A stretch of DNA of 64,000 nucleotides, taken from positions 76,721 to 140,720 of the IMG/VR virus record IMGVR_UViG_3300022602_000038, one strand, 5' to 3'. The notes under the pieces were generated by a model, which was given only the letters and a program-made list of their open reading frames with translations, was not told the DNA's origin and ran no database searches. This DNA is from a virus. This document shows, piece after piece, positions 9,626 to 19,328 of this stretch. Each line of letters opens with the position of its first letter. Within the stretch, counting starts at the first letter, position 1. Both the position numbers and the translations under genes were made by a program.

Positions 9626-11626
9626 ATGCAAACTTTTAATTCAACTTATTTAGGTATAGTAGTACAGAACAACGACCCGGAGTATCGTGGTAGAGTAAAA
9701 GTATGGGTACCGCATATAAACGGGTCTGTATATAACAAATGGGCTCAATTAGGTGCAGATCGTAGTTTTAAATTTCCTGGTACTAATATAAGTTCAGATT
9801 TAAATTTAGTTTTAGATACAGTTAAAGATCAATTACCTTGGGCAGAACAATGTGCTCCAATAGTAGGTGAAAGTGCAACTGGTTACTATAACGCTTACAC
9901 TACACAAGCTACTACATCAGATGCTGCTTTTTCATATAGTTTATCAGGTACAAATTTTTCAAATAATTACACTCAATTTAATTTAAATAGTGAAGGTATA
10001 GGCGAAAAACCTGGTTTTGTATATGAAAAATACGGCACTAAATTAACCGATGCTTTTACAGATACTACTGCGAATAATACAAGCATGGTTAATCAAAACG
10101 GTGCACAGTATAGGCCGTCTACGTATTCTAATGCTGCTAAAGGTATATTTGCTATACCTAAAGTAGGAGCTCATGTATGGGTGTTCTTTAGAGACGGCAT
10201 GCCGGTATACCCTGTCTATATGGGCACTATTTCAAGTCAAGATGATTTTGCAAGTATATTTAACACTCAAGATGGCGCTTATCAAGACTACCCTCAAACG
10301 TTTGAAAATGTAAACAAAAACCTTAGACAAACTGAAGATGTTAATACCCATACATATCGTAATAAAATGGTTATTAACCAAAGAGGTGCAGCTATAGAAA
10401 TTATCAATACTACTGATAGAGAACAGTTTAAAGTGACTCACTTTGCGGGTGGTTTTCTGGAATTTAACAATAAATTTAACTCTTTATTTAGTCCTAAAAA
10501 TTTACAACTTCTTACTCTGAGAGACAAATTTGAAACGATAAGAGGTCATAATAATTTATTTGTAGATAGAAATTTCGATAATACTGTACAGGGAGATTAC
10601 TTGATTAAAACAGGTAATTTAAATACTACCGCGATGCAGAACTGGGTTACTGCTTATACAGCTATAGCCAACTTATTAGCATTACCTGAAGGCTCTGCTG
10701 GTAAAGATAGTTTAGCCGCAACAATAACAGCTCAAGCTGCTGCCTTAGCTGCTGCTGAAGCAGAACTAGGATTCGGTGGTAATTATGTTGAAACAGTAAC
10801 TAAGCATAAATTCCTTAATGTAGGTTTAGTGTTTAATACATTTGCAAGTACTAGGTATAACTTAACTAACAAAACTGTTTCTCAATACAGAAACGCTACA
10901 GGTTCTGGTACAACTTTAACTACAACTACAATACCGGCAATAGAGTATACATTTATAGATGATATGCCTGGTGGTAATCTAACTCAAACCATAGGTAATA
11001 AATACAGTTTATTAGTTGGTTCAGGTGGGGTTGATATTAAAACAACCGGCCCTGTGAACATTGGCGGCACTATAATGGCTGTAGCAGGTAAACAAGTTAA
11101 TATAGCATCTACTGATGATACTAATATTGATGGTGGTACTAACTTATCTGTTATAGCAACTTTAATGACTATAAGAACTCGTAACAGACAACAAGTAGTT
11201 ATTGATGATAATTTAGGTATTAGTAAAAATGTTATTATTGGAGGTGGTGCTTATGCAAACGGGGAAATGTTCGTACAACATATAACAGCTCCTGTTGAAT
11301 TTCAATTAACAGAAGCTACAAAAATAAGCGATACAACTTATACTATTACAGGGGCTACTATTACAGGTTCTGGTACAGGCCCTGGTGGATCTTACGTATC
11401 TGGAAATACTATTAATATCTCTGGTGGTACATTAGCAATTAATCAAACCCATCAACATTATTATAAGAATATACCATTAACAATGCTTGCTAGTAATTCT
11501 GCAGTTAGTACAGCCGCAGAAGCTCTTAATGCGGGTAGTTCAGCTTCTACTGCTACAGCGGTATCTGATGGGTATAAATCCGATCCAAGCGGTCGTACTC
11601 CTCCTTCTGATCCACGTACAAATTAA
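9626..11626 (+). CDS. Baseplate central spike (gp5/VgrG-like), no recognisable lysozyme domain
   Basis: GIVVQNNDPEYRGRVKVW and IPKVGAHVWVFF..G OB-fold motifs, beta-helix repeats, distal HQH. Confidence 0.85.
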   Translation: MQTFNSTYLGIVVQNNDPEYRGRVKVWVPHINGSVYNKWAQLGADRSFKFPGTNISSDLNLVLDTVKDQLPWAEQCAPIVGESATGYYNAYTTQATTSDAAFSYSLSGTNFSNNYTQFNLNSEGIGEKPGFVYEKYGTKLTDAFTDTTANNTSMVNQNGAQYRPSTYSNAAKGIFAIPKVGAHVWVFFRDGMPVYPVYMGTISSQDDFASIFNTQDGAYQDYPQTFENVNKNLRQTEDVNTHTYRNKMVINQRGAAIEIINTTDREQFKVTHFAGGFLEFNNKFNSLFSPKNLQLLTLRDKFETIRGHNNLFVDRNFDNTVQGDYLIKTGNLNTTAMQNWVTAYTAIANLLALPEGSAGKDSLAATITAQAAALAAAEAELGFGGNYVETVTKHKFLNVGLVFNTFASTRYNLTNKTVSQYRNATGSGTTLTTTTIPAIEYTFIDDMPGGNLTQTIGNKYSLLVGSGGVDIKTTGPVNIGGTIMAVAGKQVNIASTDDTNIDGGTNLSVIATLMTIRTRNRQQVVIDDNLGISKNVIIGGGAYANGEMFVQHITAPVEFQLTEATKISDTTYTITGATITGSGTGPGGSYVSGNTINISGGTLAINQTHQHYYKNIPLTMLASNSAVSTAAEALNAGSSASTATAVSDGYKSDPSGRTPPSDPRTN

Positions 11627-11637
11627 GTGGAAAAATA

Positions 11638-11665
11638 TTGACTTTTAAGTAAGTTCTTTTATTAT
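11638..11665 (+). promoter_or_regulatory. Sigma70-like promoter (TTGACT-16-TATTAT) with an overlapping TAAGTA, upstream of the glycosylation cassette
   Basis: Sequence motifs ending 6 nt before ATG 11672. Confidence 0.45.
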
Positions 11666-11671
11666 ATTTTT

Positions 11672-12940
11672 ATGGAAGAAACTATATTTGTACAAATAGC
11701 AGCTTATAGGGATTCAGAATTAATACCTACAGTAAAAAATTGCTTAGCTCAAGCTGAGCACCCTGAACGTTTACATATATCGATCGGGTGGCAACATAGT
11801 CCAGATGAAAATGTAGATGAAATTGCTAATCTTGAAAACGTAACTATTGTATCATACCCGCACACAGTTGCAAAAGGACCGTGCTGGATAAGAAGAGCAA
11901 TACAAGAGGAATATAAGGACGAAACGTACACCCTACAATTAGATTCTCATCACCGTTTTATAAAAAATTGGGATACGGAAATTATTGCAATGTATAAAGG
12001 TTTAATTGCAGATGGTGTTAAAAAACCTATTATATCTTCTTATTTGCCAAGTTATGAACCTAAAAATGACCCAGCAAACCGAACAATAGATATTTGGCAA
12101 GTTAATTATGATAGGTTTATACCTGAGGGTCCTATATTTCAACGTCCTTCAACTATTAAAAATTGGGAGACATTAACCAAACCAGTACCAGCGCGTACTA
12201 TTTCTGCTCACTTTTTATTTACACGCGGACAGTGGATTAAAGAAGTGCCATATGATAGTCAATTATATTTTCATGGAGAAGAAATTACATTAGCTGTAAG
12301 ATCTTACACACACGGTTACGACTTGTTTCATCCTCATAAAATTATTGCATGGCATCAATATACTAGAGAAGGTCAAAGAAAGCATTGGGATGATAGTTCA
12401 ATGTGGAACAATCTCAACATGTATAGTTATGCAAGAGTTAAAATGTTATTAGGTATTGACGGGGTAGATAATAAATTAGCAAAATTCGAAGAAACAAATA
12501 CTGGTCTTGGTACGGAAAGAACACTCTCTCAATTTGAAAGATATGCTGGTGTAGAATTTAAAACCCGTAAATTACATAAAGATACAGTTGCTGAAATTTT
12601 ACCTCCTATAAATTTTCAAGACGAAGAAACGTTTCAAAAAAACTTATGCTCTGTCTTTAAACATTGTTTAGATGTGTTTAAACCTGAAGTGCCTTTAAGA
12701 GATTATACTTTTTGGGCTATATCATTTCAAGACAGACTCGGTAATGATTTATACCGACAAGATGCTGATTTAGCTGAAATTGAACGCGCTATGTTTGAAA
12801 ATCCAAACGACAAGTTTGCACATATATGGAGAGAGTTCAGTACAAATGAAAGACCTTATAAATGGGTAGTATGGCCATATAGTAAATCTAAAGATTGGTT
12901 AACTGACAGGATAGAAACAGTTATTAACTATGGTAATTAA
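11672..12940 (+). CDS. GT60/Gnt1-like GlcNAc transferase (Skp1-hydroxyproline GlcNAc-transferase family) with extra C-terminal domain
   Basis: IFVQIAAYRD, GPCWIR, LQLDSHHRF, ISSY.P, FHGEE..LAVRSYTHGYDLFHP, WHQY motifs. Confidence 0.85.
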   Translation: MEETIFVQIAAYRDSELIPTVKNCLAQAEHPERLHISIGWQHSPDENVDEIANLENVTIVSYPHTVAKGPCWIRRAIQEEYKDETYTLQLDSHHRFIKNWDTEIIAMYKGLIADGVKKPIISSYLPSYEPKNDPANRTIDIWQVNYDRFIPEGPIFQRPSTIKNWETLTKPVPARTISAHFLFTRGQWIKEVPYDSQLYFHGEEITLAVRSYTHGYDLFHPHKIIAWHQYTREGQRKHWDDSSMWNNLNMYSYARVKMLLGIDGVDNKLAKFEETNTGLGTERTLSQFERYAGVEFKTRKLHKDTVAEILPPINFQDEETFQKNLCSVFKHCLDVFKPEVPLRDYTFWAISFQDRLGNDLYRQDADLAEIERAMFENPNDKFAHIWREFSTNERPYKWVVWPYSKSKDWLTDRIETVINYGN

Positions 12941-12958
12941 TTTTAAAATCTATACATT

Positions 12959-14221
12959 ATGAACAATACAACTACAACTGATAACACTATCTTTATACAG
13001 ATAGCATCTTACAGAGATTCAGAATTAGTACCTACTATAAAGAATTGTATACAGAACTCAAACGCACCAGAAAACTTAAGGTTTTGTATAGCATGGCAAC
13101 ACGGTCCTGAAGAAAATATCGATGAATTAAAACAATATTCTAATATTAATATTATAGATTTAGATTACATTCACACCAAAGGTGTATGCTGGGCTCGTAA
13201 CAAAATACAACAATTATATGCAGGTTACCCTACAAAATACACGCTACAATTAGATTCCCATCATCGCTTTGTAAAAGGTTGGGATACTCTTTTGATAGGT
13301 ATGGTTGAACAATTACAGGCAAAAGGATATAAAAAACCTTTACTTACTGCCTATTTACCTAGCTATAACCCTTCAAATGATCCTGCTGAAAGAGCAATGT
13401 ACCCCACTAGAATGGATTTTGATAGGTTTATACCTGAAGGAGCTGTTTTTTTCAGGCCCGCTGTAATTGAAAATTGGGAAAATTTAACTGAACCTGTACC
13501 TGCACGTTGGTATTCTGCGCATTTTTGCTTTACATTGGGGGAATTTTGTACAGAAGTTCAACATGACCCAGAGTATTTGTTCCATGGAGAAGAAATTAGT
13601 ATAGCAGCAAGAGCGTATACCCACGGTTACGACTTGTTTCACCCTCATAAAATTATTGCATGGCATGAGTATAGCCGTAGCTATAGACCTAAACAATGGG
13701 ATGATAGTCCGACATGGTTTATAGAAAATAGAATTTCTCACTTACGTAACCGTAAGTTTTTTAGTATGGACGGAGAAGTAAGAGATATAAGCTTTGGTAA
13801 TTATGATTTCGGTACTGTAAGAACATTACACGACTATGAACAATACGCAGGTATTGATTTTAAAAAGCGTGGGGTACAAGAATATACAATTAAAAATAAA
13901 CCAGCCCCTAACCCTAAGGTAGAGGATTGGGATAAATCTATCATTTCTCTTTTTAGACATTGTATTGATATACCTTTTGAAGCTTTACCAGAACAAGACT
14001 ATGATTTTTGGTGTATAGCCTTTTCAGATAAAAACGGTCAAGAGATTTATAGAGAAGATGCAGATATAGATGAAATTGAAAGTATGCGTAAAGATCCTGA
14101 CATGTATTATAAAATATGGAGACAGTTCATTACCCCTAATCTTCCTGTAAAATGGATAGTCTGGCCTCACACAAAAAGTAAAGGGTGGGGAGATCCTATT
14201 ATACAGAATTTAATTCCTTAA
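12959..14221 (+). CDS. GT60/Gnt1-like GlcNAc transferase, tandem paralogue
   Basis: IFIQIASYRD, GVCWAR, LQLDSHHRF, FHGEEISIAARAYTHGYD; colinear with upstream gene. Confidence 0.85.
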   Translation: MNNTTTTDNTIFIQIASYRDSELVPTIKNCIQNSNAPENLRFCIAWQHGPEENIDELKQYSNINIIDLDYIHTKGVCWARNKIQQLYAGYPTKYTLQLDSHHRFVKGWDTLLIGMVEQLQAKGYKKPLLTAYLPSYNPSNDPAERAMYPTRMDFDRFIPEGAVFFRPAVIENWENLTEPVPARWYSAHFCFTLGEFCTEVQHDPEYLFHGEEISIAARAYTHGYDLFHPHKIIAWHEYSRSYRPKQWDDSPTWFIENRISHLRNRKFFSMDGEVRDISFGNYDFGTVRTLHDYEQYAGIDFKKRGVQEYTIKNKPAPNPKVEDWDKSIISLFRHCIDIPFEALPEQDYDFWCIAFSDKNGQEIYREDADIDEIESMRKDPDMYYKIWRQFITPNLPVKWIVWPHTKSKGWGDPIIQNLIP

Positions 14222-14224
14222 TAA

Positions 14225-15121
14225 ATGTCAAAAACATTATTTGTTACTAGCTATTACGGTAAACTATGGAGTACGAAATTCGGTGGTAGATCTGGTAGAG
14301 AAGAAAACTACTTAAGATCTTTTGTTTCTCTAGTAAGAATGCCTGCTGATTTTGTAATTTATACTTCTGAAGAAGAAAAACCTATAATTGAAAAATTTAT
14401 AAGTGAGCATATTGTAACTACTAATAGAATTACAATTATTGTTTATAATTTAGAAAATTTCATACATCACGTAAAGATAAACAGTATACTTGGCGGGTTT
14501 AATAATCTTCAACCGGATAGATGCTTTGAGATACAGTACGGTAAATTGTATTGGTTGGAAAATCATTTAAATGAAGATTACGAAACAATTTACTGGGTTG
14601 ACATAGGACTCTCTCATATAGGTTTATGGCCACAAAAATATACATTCGGACATGACTGGTATACTAAGCAGTTTTATTTCAATATATTTAACGGAAACTT
14701 ACTAAACAACCTTAACGATAGTGTAATAAAACAAGATAAAATCTTTACTATTGCTTTAGATCAGACTATAAATAAGGGATACGGCAACGCTGCTGCAAAA
14801 TACTACACTCATAATAATTCTCATAATATAGGTAAAATACATGTTGTAGGTGGACTATTTGGCGGTACTAAAAGTAGAGTTAAAGATTTAATTACTAAAT
14901 TTAAAGAGAAAACTATACAAGTATTATCTGATGATGCTTTATATACAGAAGAACAAATACTATCTATACTTGTTACTAACGAGCCTGAACGTTATATAAT
15001 AGAATTATTTGAAAACTGGTATCATGAAGACAGTAAAGGTTTTGAACACACTCTAACAAAATATAAAAAATCTTTTTATCAAATTTTTGAAAAATATAAT
15101 AATGTTTCAAATGCAAAATAA
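14225..15121 (+). CDS. HtrL/YibB (WlaTC)-like putative glycosyltransferase
   Basis: TLFVTSYY, IYWVDIG, VVGGLFGG, TEEQIL motifs. Confidence 0.7.
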   Translation: MSKTLFVTSYYGKLWSTKFGGRSGREENYLRSFVSLVRMPADFVIYTSEEEKPIIEKFISEHIVTTNRITIIVYNLENFIHHVKINSILGGFNNLQPDRCFEIQYGKLYWLENHLNEDYETIYWVDIGLSHIGLWPQKYTFGHDWYTKQFYFNIFNGNLLNNLNDSVIKQDKIFTIALDQTINKGYGNAAAKYYTHNNSHNIGKIHVVGGLFGGTKSRVKDLITKFKEKTIQVLSDDALYTEEQILSILVTNEPERYIIELFENWYHEDSKGFEHTLTKYKKSFYQIFEKYNNVSNAK

Positions 15122-16715
15122 AGAATTTATTGTTTCTATTTATGGCTCTCATAACGCTGCTATAGCTTTTTATTATAAGGGTAAGATCGACGTTTATGAA
15201 GTAGAAAGATATGTAGGGTATAAAAACTCCGGTCTTTCTCAGTACAAGTTTATTTGGCCTACGGATATTTTTATAGATTTAATTATTAAAGACTATAAAC
15301 TAAGAAATAATATCAATCAAATACCAGATGTATTATTGTGGAGTAGAACAGACTGTAACCATAATAACACTAAATACATGTTTCATGAAAATATTGAAAC
15401 AAAAGAGTGTATACCCGGAGCATTACATCATATGGCGCATGCGAGCGGAACCTTTTACCAATCTACATTTAATAAAGCTTTAGTTATTTCTTTTGATGGT
15501 GGTGGGGAAGATGGGTTTTTTAATATCTACTTTGCAGATAGAGAAACAGGTTGCAGTCTTATAAGCAAAATAGATATAGATTTAGGTTTTGCATATATGA
15601 TTTTAGCACATTACTTAAAAGATATAAACCGAGAAAATTCATTAAGCGATGGCAATTTAATTTACTCAGGAAAATTAATGGGCTTGACCGGATACGGCAA
15701 GTTAAATCCTGATTGGCTACCAGCGTTTAAACAATTTTATTACAGCAAACCTGACGGTAATAATTATACGGAAAAAATTAAAATCCTAAAGGATGCAATC
15801 GGTGTTGATTTTAATGATATATATAGACTGAGTGGTTATACAGCATACAACATAGCAGCTACACATCAACAAGCATTTGAAGATGTGTTTTTTGAAAAGG
15901 TAGATTCAATTATAAATGATTATCCAGATTTACCTATTTGTGTAACAGGTGGTTGTGCACTTAATGTATTGTTAAATACAAATATAAAGAAAAAATATAA
16001 CAGGCAAATGTTTGTAGCTTCTAACTCAAATGATTGTGGACAAGCTGCAGGTATGTTATTAGAGTATTTAAAACCACCCACCCAAATAGATTTATCTAGA
16101 ACAGGTACCCCTATATTAGATTATGGTTCTATAGGAGAATACATGTATGAATGTAGTAATAAATGTAAAATTAGCAAAGTTACAAACAAGGAAGTAATTG
16201 AATTACTACAAAAAGGTAAAATAATTGGAGTACTAAGAGGTTTAAGTGAACATGGACCAAGAGCATTAGGTCACAGAAGTATTATTTGCGATCCAGGTAA
16301 AGAAAACATGAAAGATGTACTGAATCAGAAAGTAAAAAATAGAGAATGGTATAGACCGTTTGCGCCTATTGCATTAGTAGAAACAGCAAACAATTATTTT
16401 GATATAACTGAATATTCACCATATATGTCTTTTGCTTTTGATGTAAGAGAAGAATGGAAAAGCAAATTAAAATCTGTTACTCATATAGACGGAACAGCTC
16501 GAGTACAAACACTTAAGAGAGAAGATGATGCATGGCTGTATGATTTAATTAAAGATTTTGGTGCAAAATCCGGGTATGAAGTAATACTAAATACAAGCTT
16601 TAATGTAAACGGTAAACCTATATTAACAACTGTTAAAGACGCTTTTAAAGTATTTAATACTACTAAACTTGATTGTCTTATTATTGAAGATAATTTAATT
16701 GTAAAGAACCAATGA
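15111..16715 (+). CDS. NodU/CmcH-family O-carbamoyltransferase
   Basis: SHNAA, HHMAHA, SFDGGG, GKLMGL, GGCALN, EHGPRALGHRS, KNREWYRPFAP, HIDGTAR, LNTSFN; start taken at MQNKEF (track gives 15087). Confidence 0.95.
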   Translation: MQNKEFIVSIYGSHNAAIAFYYKGKIDVYEVERYVGYKNSGLSQYKFIWPTDIFIDLIIKDYKLRNNINQIPDVLLWSRTDCNHNNTKYMFHENIETKECIPGALHHMAHASGTFYQSTFNKALVISFDGGGEDGFFNIYFADRETGCSLISKIDIDLGFAYMILAHYLKDINRENSLSDGNLIYSGKLMGLTGYGKLNPDWLPAFKQFYYSKPDGNNYTEKIKILKDAIGVDFNDIYRLSGYTAYNIAATHQQAFEDVFFEKVDSIINDYPDLPICVTGGCALNVLLNTNIKKKYNRQMFVASNSNDCGQAAGMLLEYLKPPTQIDLSRTGTPILDYGSIGEYMYECSNKCKISKVTNKEVIELLQKGKIIGVLRGLSEHGPRALGHRSIICDPGKENMKDVLNQKVKNREWYRPFAPIALVETANNYFDITEYSPYMSFAFDVREEWKSKLKSVTHIDGTARVQTLKREDDAWLYDLIKDFGAKSGYEVILNTSFNVNGKPILTTVKDAFKVFNTTKLDCLIIEDNLIVKNQ

Positions 16716-18493
16716 ACAAAAGTCAAAGAATGTACACTAATGATCCAATAACGGTAAACACGCCTACCGTTGCGGGTACAAAAACTGTAAAAGTAGATGT
16801 TACTAATACTACCAGTGAAAATTTAACTGTAGTTACTGGTATTTGGGATCTTAAGAGAGACCAAGCTGGAGACGGATTTAAAAGACCATTTGAACATTAT
16901 ATAACTAATTTTATATCTCTTTTAAAGACAAATGTAAAAATGTATATTTACATTGAAAAGAAATACGAAAGTCTTGTATGGAAATATAGAACCCCGCATA
17001 ATACTTCAGTTCGTATTAAAGAAGTAGAAGAATTTAAAACAAACTTTAGTTTTTATGAAGATGTACAAAAAATACGTCTAAGTGAAAAATGGAGAAAACA
17101 AGCAGATTGGTTAGGTCAAAGCACACAAGCTACATTAGAGTATTATAACCCTATGGTTATGTCAAAAATGTTTATGTTGCATGACGCTGTTTGTGCAAAT
17201 CCGTTTAATACTGATTACTATATATGGTTAGATGGGGGTATTACTAACACGGTACATGAAGGTTATTTTACACATGATAAAATACTAGATAAATTAGAAC
17301 CTTGCTTAAGAAGTTTTTTATTCGTTTCTTTTCCTTACACTGGCAATACTGAGATACACGGGTTTGAAAGAACTGGTATGAACACTTTTGCTAAAGCAAA
17401 ATCCGTTGATTATGTATGTAGAGGTGGCTTGTTTGGTGGCCATAAAGATATAATTCGAAAGGCTAATAATACATATTATCATTTGCTTAATGCAACTTTG
17501 AAGCAAGGATACATGGGCACAGAAGAAAGTATTTTTACTATCATGGCTTATTTACAGCCAGATATATACAATCGTTTTGTAATACAAGATAACGGGTTGA
17601 TAAATTATTTTGCAGAAGCACTTAAAAACAATGATGTACAATTGGTAGTATCTGCTAAACCTAAAGTTAAACCCGTATTTTTAGATAAAATAAAAACCGC
17701 ATTATACGTTATTACATTTAACTCTCCAAAACAGTTTGAAACGTTAGTTGAGAGTTATCTTAAACAACCTAATTTTATTAGAGGTACTGTAAATTATCTA
17801 CTAGATAACAGTACTGATGCTAGCACTACCCCTGCTTATGCAGCTCTATGTGAAAAGTACGGCTTTGAGCATATAAAGAAAGATAACTTAGGTATATGTG
17901 GAGGTAGACAGTTCATAGCAGAGCATTTTGATAAAACAGAATGGGATTATTACATTTTTCTTGAAGATGATATGCTTTTAAAGAACTCCGATGCAAAGCC
18001 TTGTGATAACGGTTTTGTAAGTTATGTACCAGATTTATATGTAAAAGCTATTAAAATAATTGCTGGTTATGATTATGATTTTTTAAAATTTAGTTATACT
18101 GAATTTTACGGAAACAATGGCACCCAATGGGCATGGTATAATGTACCTCAAGAAGTAAGAGAAAAAAACTGGCCAGATCAATGTACATTACCACCTGAAG
18201 GTACAGATCCAAATTCGCCTCGTACACTATTTAAGAATATAAACAGTATGGAAGGGTTAGCTTGGGCAGATGGAGAAATCTATTACTGTAATTGGCCTCA
18301 GATTGTATCTAAAAAAGGTAATAAAAAAATGTTTTTAGAAACTAACTGGACGTATTACTATGAACAGACATGGATGTCTCATATGTACCAACTTACATTA
18401 AAAAATGAATTAAAAGGTGCAGTATTATTAGCTTCCCTTATTAATCATGATAGGTTTGAACATTATGACGGCTCTTTAAGAAAAGAAACGTAA
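16712..18493 (+). CDS. HtrL/YibB-like domain fused to a C-terminal GT-A (GT2-like) domain
   Basis: VVTGIWDL, YYIWLDGG, GGLFGG, GTEESIFT; then YVITFN, LDNS, NLGICGGR, FLEDD. Confidence 0.75.
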   Translation: MNKSQRMYTNDPITVNTPTVAGTKTVKVDVTNTTSENLTVVTGIWDLKRDQAGDGFKRPFEHYITNFISLLKTNVKMYIYIEKKYESLVWKYRTPHNTSVRIKEVEEFKTNFSFYEDVQKIRLSEKWRKQADWLGQSTQATLEYYNPMVMSKMFMLHDAVCANPFNTDYYIWLDGGITNTVHEGYFTHDKILDKLEPCLRSFLFVSFPYTGNTEIHGFERTGMNTFAKAKSVDYVCRGGLFGGHKDIIRKANNTYYHLLNATLKQGYMGTEESIFTIMAYLQPDIYNRFVIQDNGLINYFAEALKNNDVQLVVSAKPKVKPVFLDKIKTALYVITFNSPKQFETLVESYLKQPNFIRGTVNYLLDNSTDASTTPAYAALCEKYGFEHIKKDNLGICGGRQFIAEHFDKTEWDYYIFLEDDMLLKNSDAKPCDNGFVSYVPDLYVKAIKIIAGYDYDFLKFSYTEFYGNNGTQWAWYNVPQEVREKNWPDQCTLPPEGTDPNSPRTLFKNINSMEGLAWADGEIYYCNWPQIVSKKGNKKMFLETNWTYYYEQTWMSHMYQLTLKNELKGAVLLASLINHDRFEHYDGSLRKET

Positions 18494-18494
18494 T

Positions 18495-18524
18495 AAAAAA
18501 AGCCTCGCATTAGCGAGGCTTTTT
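18495..18524. terminator. Bidirectional intrinsic terminator
   Basis: A7-GCCTCGC-atta-GCGAGGC-T5 between convergent genes. Confidence 0.9.
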
Positions 18525-18647
18525 AGTTTTATTATCTATTTTTACAACAGGTTGTGGTTTGTTCTTTTTGAAAATCTCATCCCACCTATCACAGTACTCT
18601 GAGTACGGTACCGCTAGTGGTCTTGGTTTACTACCTTTACCAGACAT
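18510..18647 (-). CDS. Small hypothetical protein (45 aa, MSGKGSKPRP...), not in ORF track
   Basis: Manual translation MSGKGSKPRPLAVPYSEYCDRWDEIFKKNKPQPVVKIDNKTKKPR; ATG 3 nt after the stop of 18651..19130. Confidence 0.7.
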   Translation of the reverse strand: MSGKGSKPRPLAVPYSEYCDRWDEIFKKNKPQPVVKIDNKTKKPR

Positions 18648-18650
18648 AAT

Positions 18651-19130
18651 TTAACTCCTTGGTAAATTGTTATTTGTTGTTACAACGTAAACAGGCTCTT
18701 TAGTTTTAATACTAACATTATACGGTTTAAAGAACTTATTGCCTACATTTGCAATTGCTTGCCCGATAGAAGATACAGGATATTTTTGTCCTTTCTTAGA
18801 AGCATTAAAGTTGTATGCACCTTTCTTAATAGACTCTAATACTTCAGTAACATCATCATCTTCTGGTATTTGTACAACCCACCCTACTAAGTCTTTAGTA
18901 ATAATTCCCTCTTTATCAGATACAAGAATTACGTATTGTTTCTTTACTTTAGGAGCACCATCATCTTCTGTTTCTGGTGTTTCTTTAGTTGTTTCTGGGG
19001 ATGTTTCATCTATTGTTAATGTAGCTTCATCTAAAGCTGCTAACACTTTTTTAACAATAGCTTCGTCTCGAACAATTTGTTCAAGAGCCTGTTTAACGGT
19101 ATCAAGTTGGACGTACTCTTCTTTGCTCAT
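18651..19130 (-). CDS. Hypothetical protein
   Basis: 159-aa ORF with TTGATT...TGTGATATTAT promoter directly upstream. Confidence 0.75.
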   Translation of the reverse strand: MSKEEYVQLDTVKQALEQIVRDEAIVKKVLAALDEATLTIDETSPETTKETPETEDDGAPKVKKQYVILVSDKEGIITKDLVGWVVQIPEDDDVTEVLESIKKGAYNFNASKKGQKYPVSSIGQAIANVGNKFFKPYNVSIKTKEPVYVVTTNNNLPRS

Positions 19131-19186
19131 ATTGTTAATATAATATCACATTATTTTAAATAATCAAGTATAAGTTGGATTTGTTA

Positions 19187-19246
19187 AAATGTATTAAAGA
19201 CCCTAAGATAACCTAAAGTAATATTAAATACCCTTAAAAATCCCAA
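19187..19246. repeat. Imperfect 30-bp tandem duplication with ~10-bp sub-periodicity
   Basis: tattaaagaccctaagataacctaaagtaa / tattaaatacccttaaaaatcccaatataa. Confidence 0.65.
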
Positions 19247-19328
19247 TATAATCTTAGTTTGTTGTAGTAATACTATAGTAGCCTCTTTTTTATTATCCAA
19301 CGTTGTGTAAGTATAATAAATCACTTTT

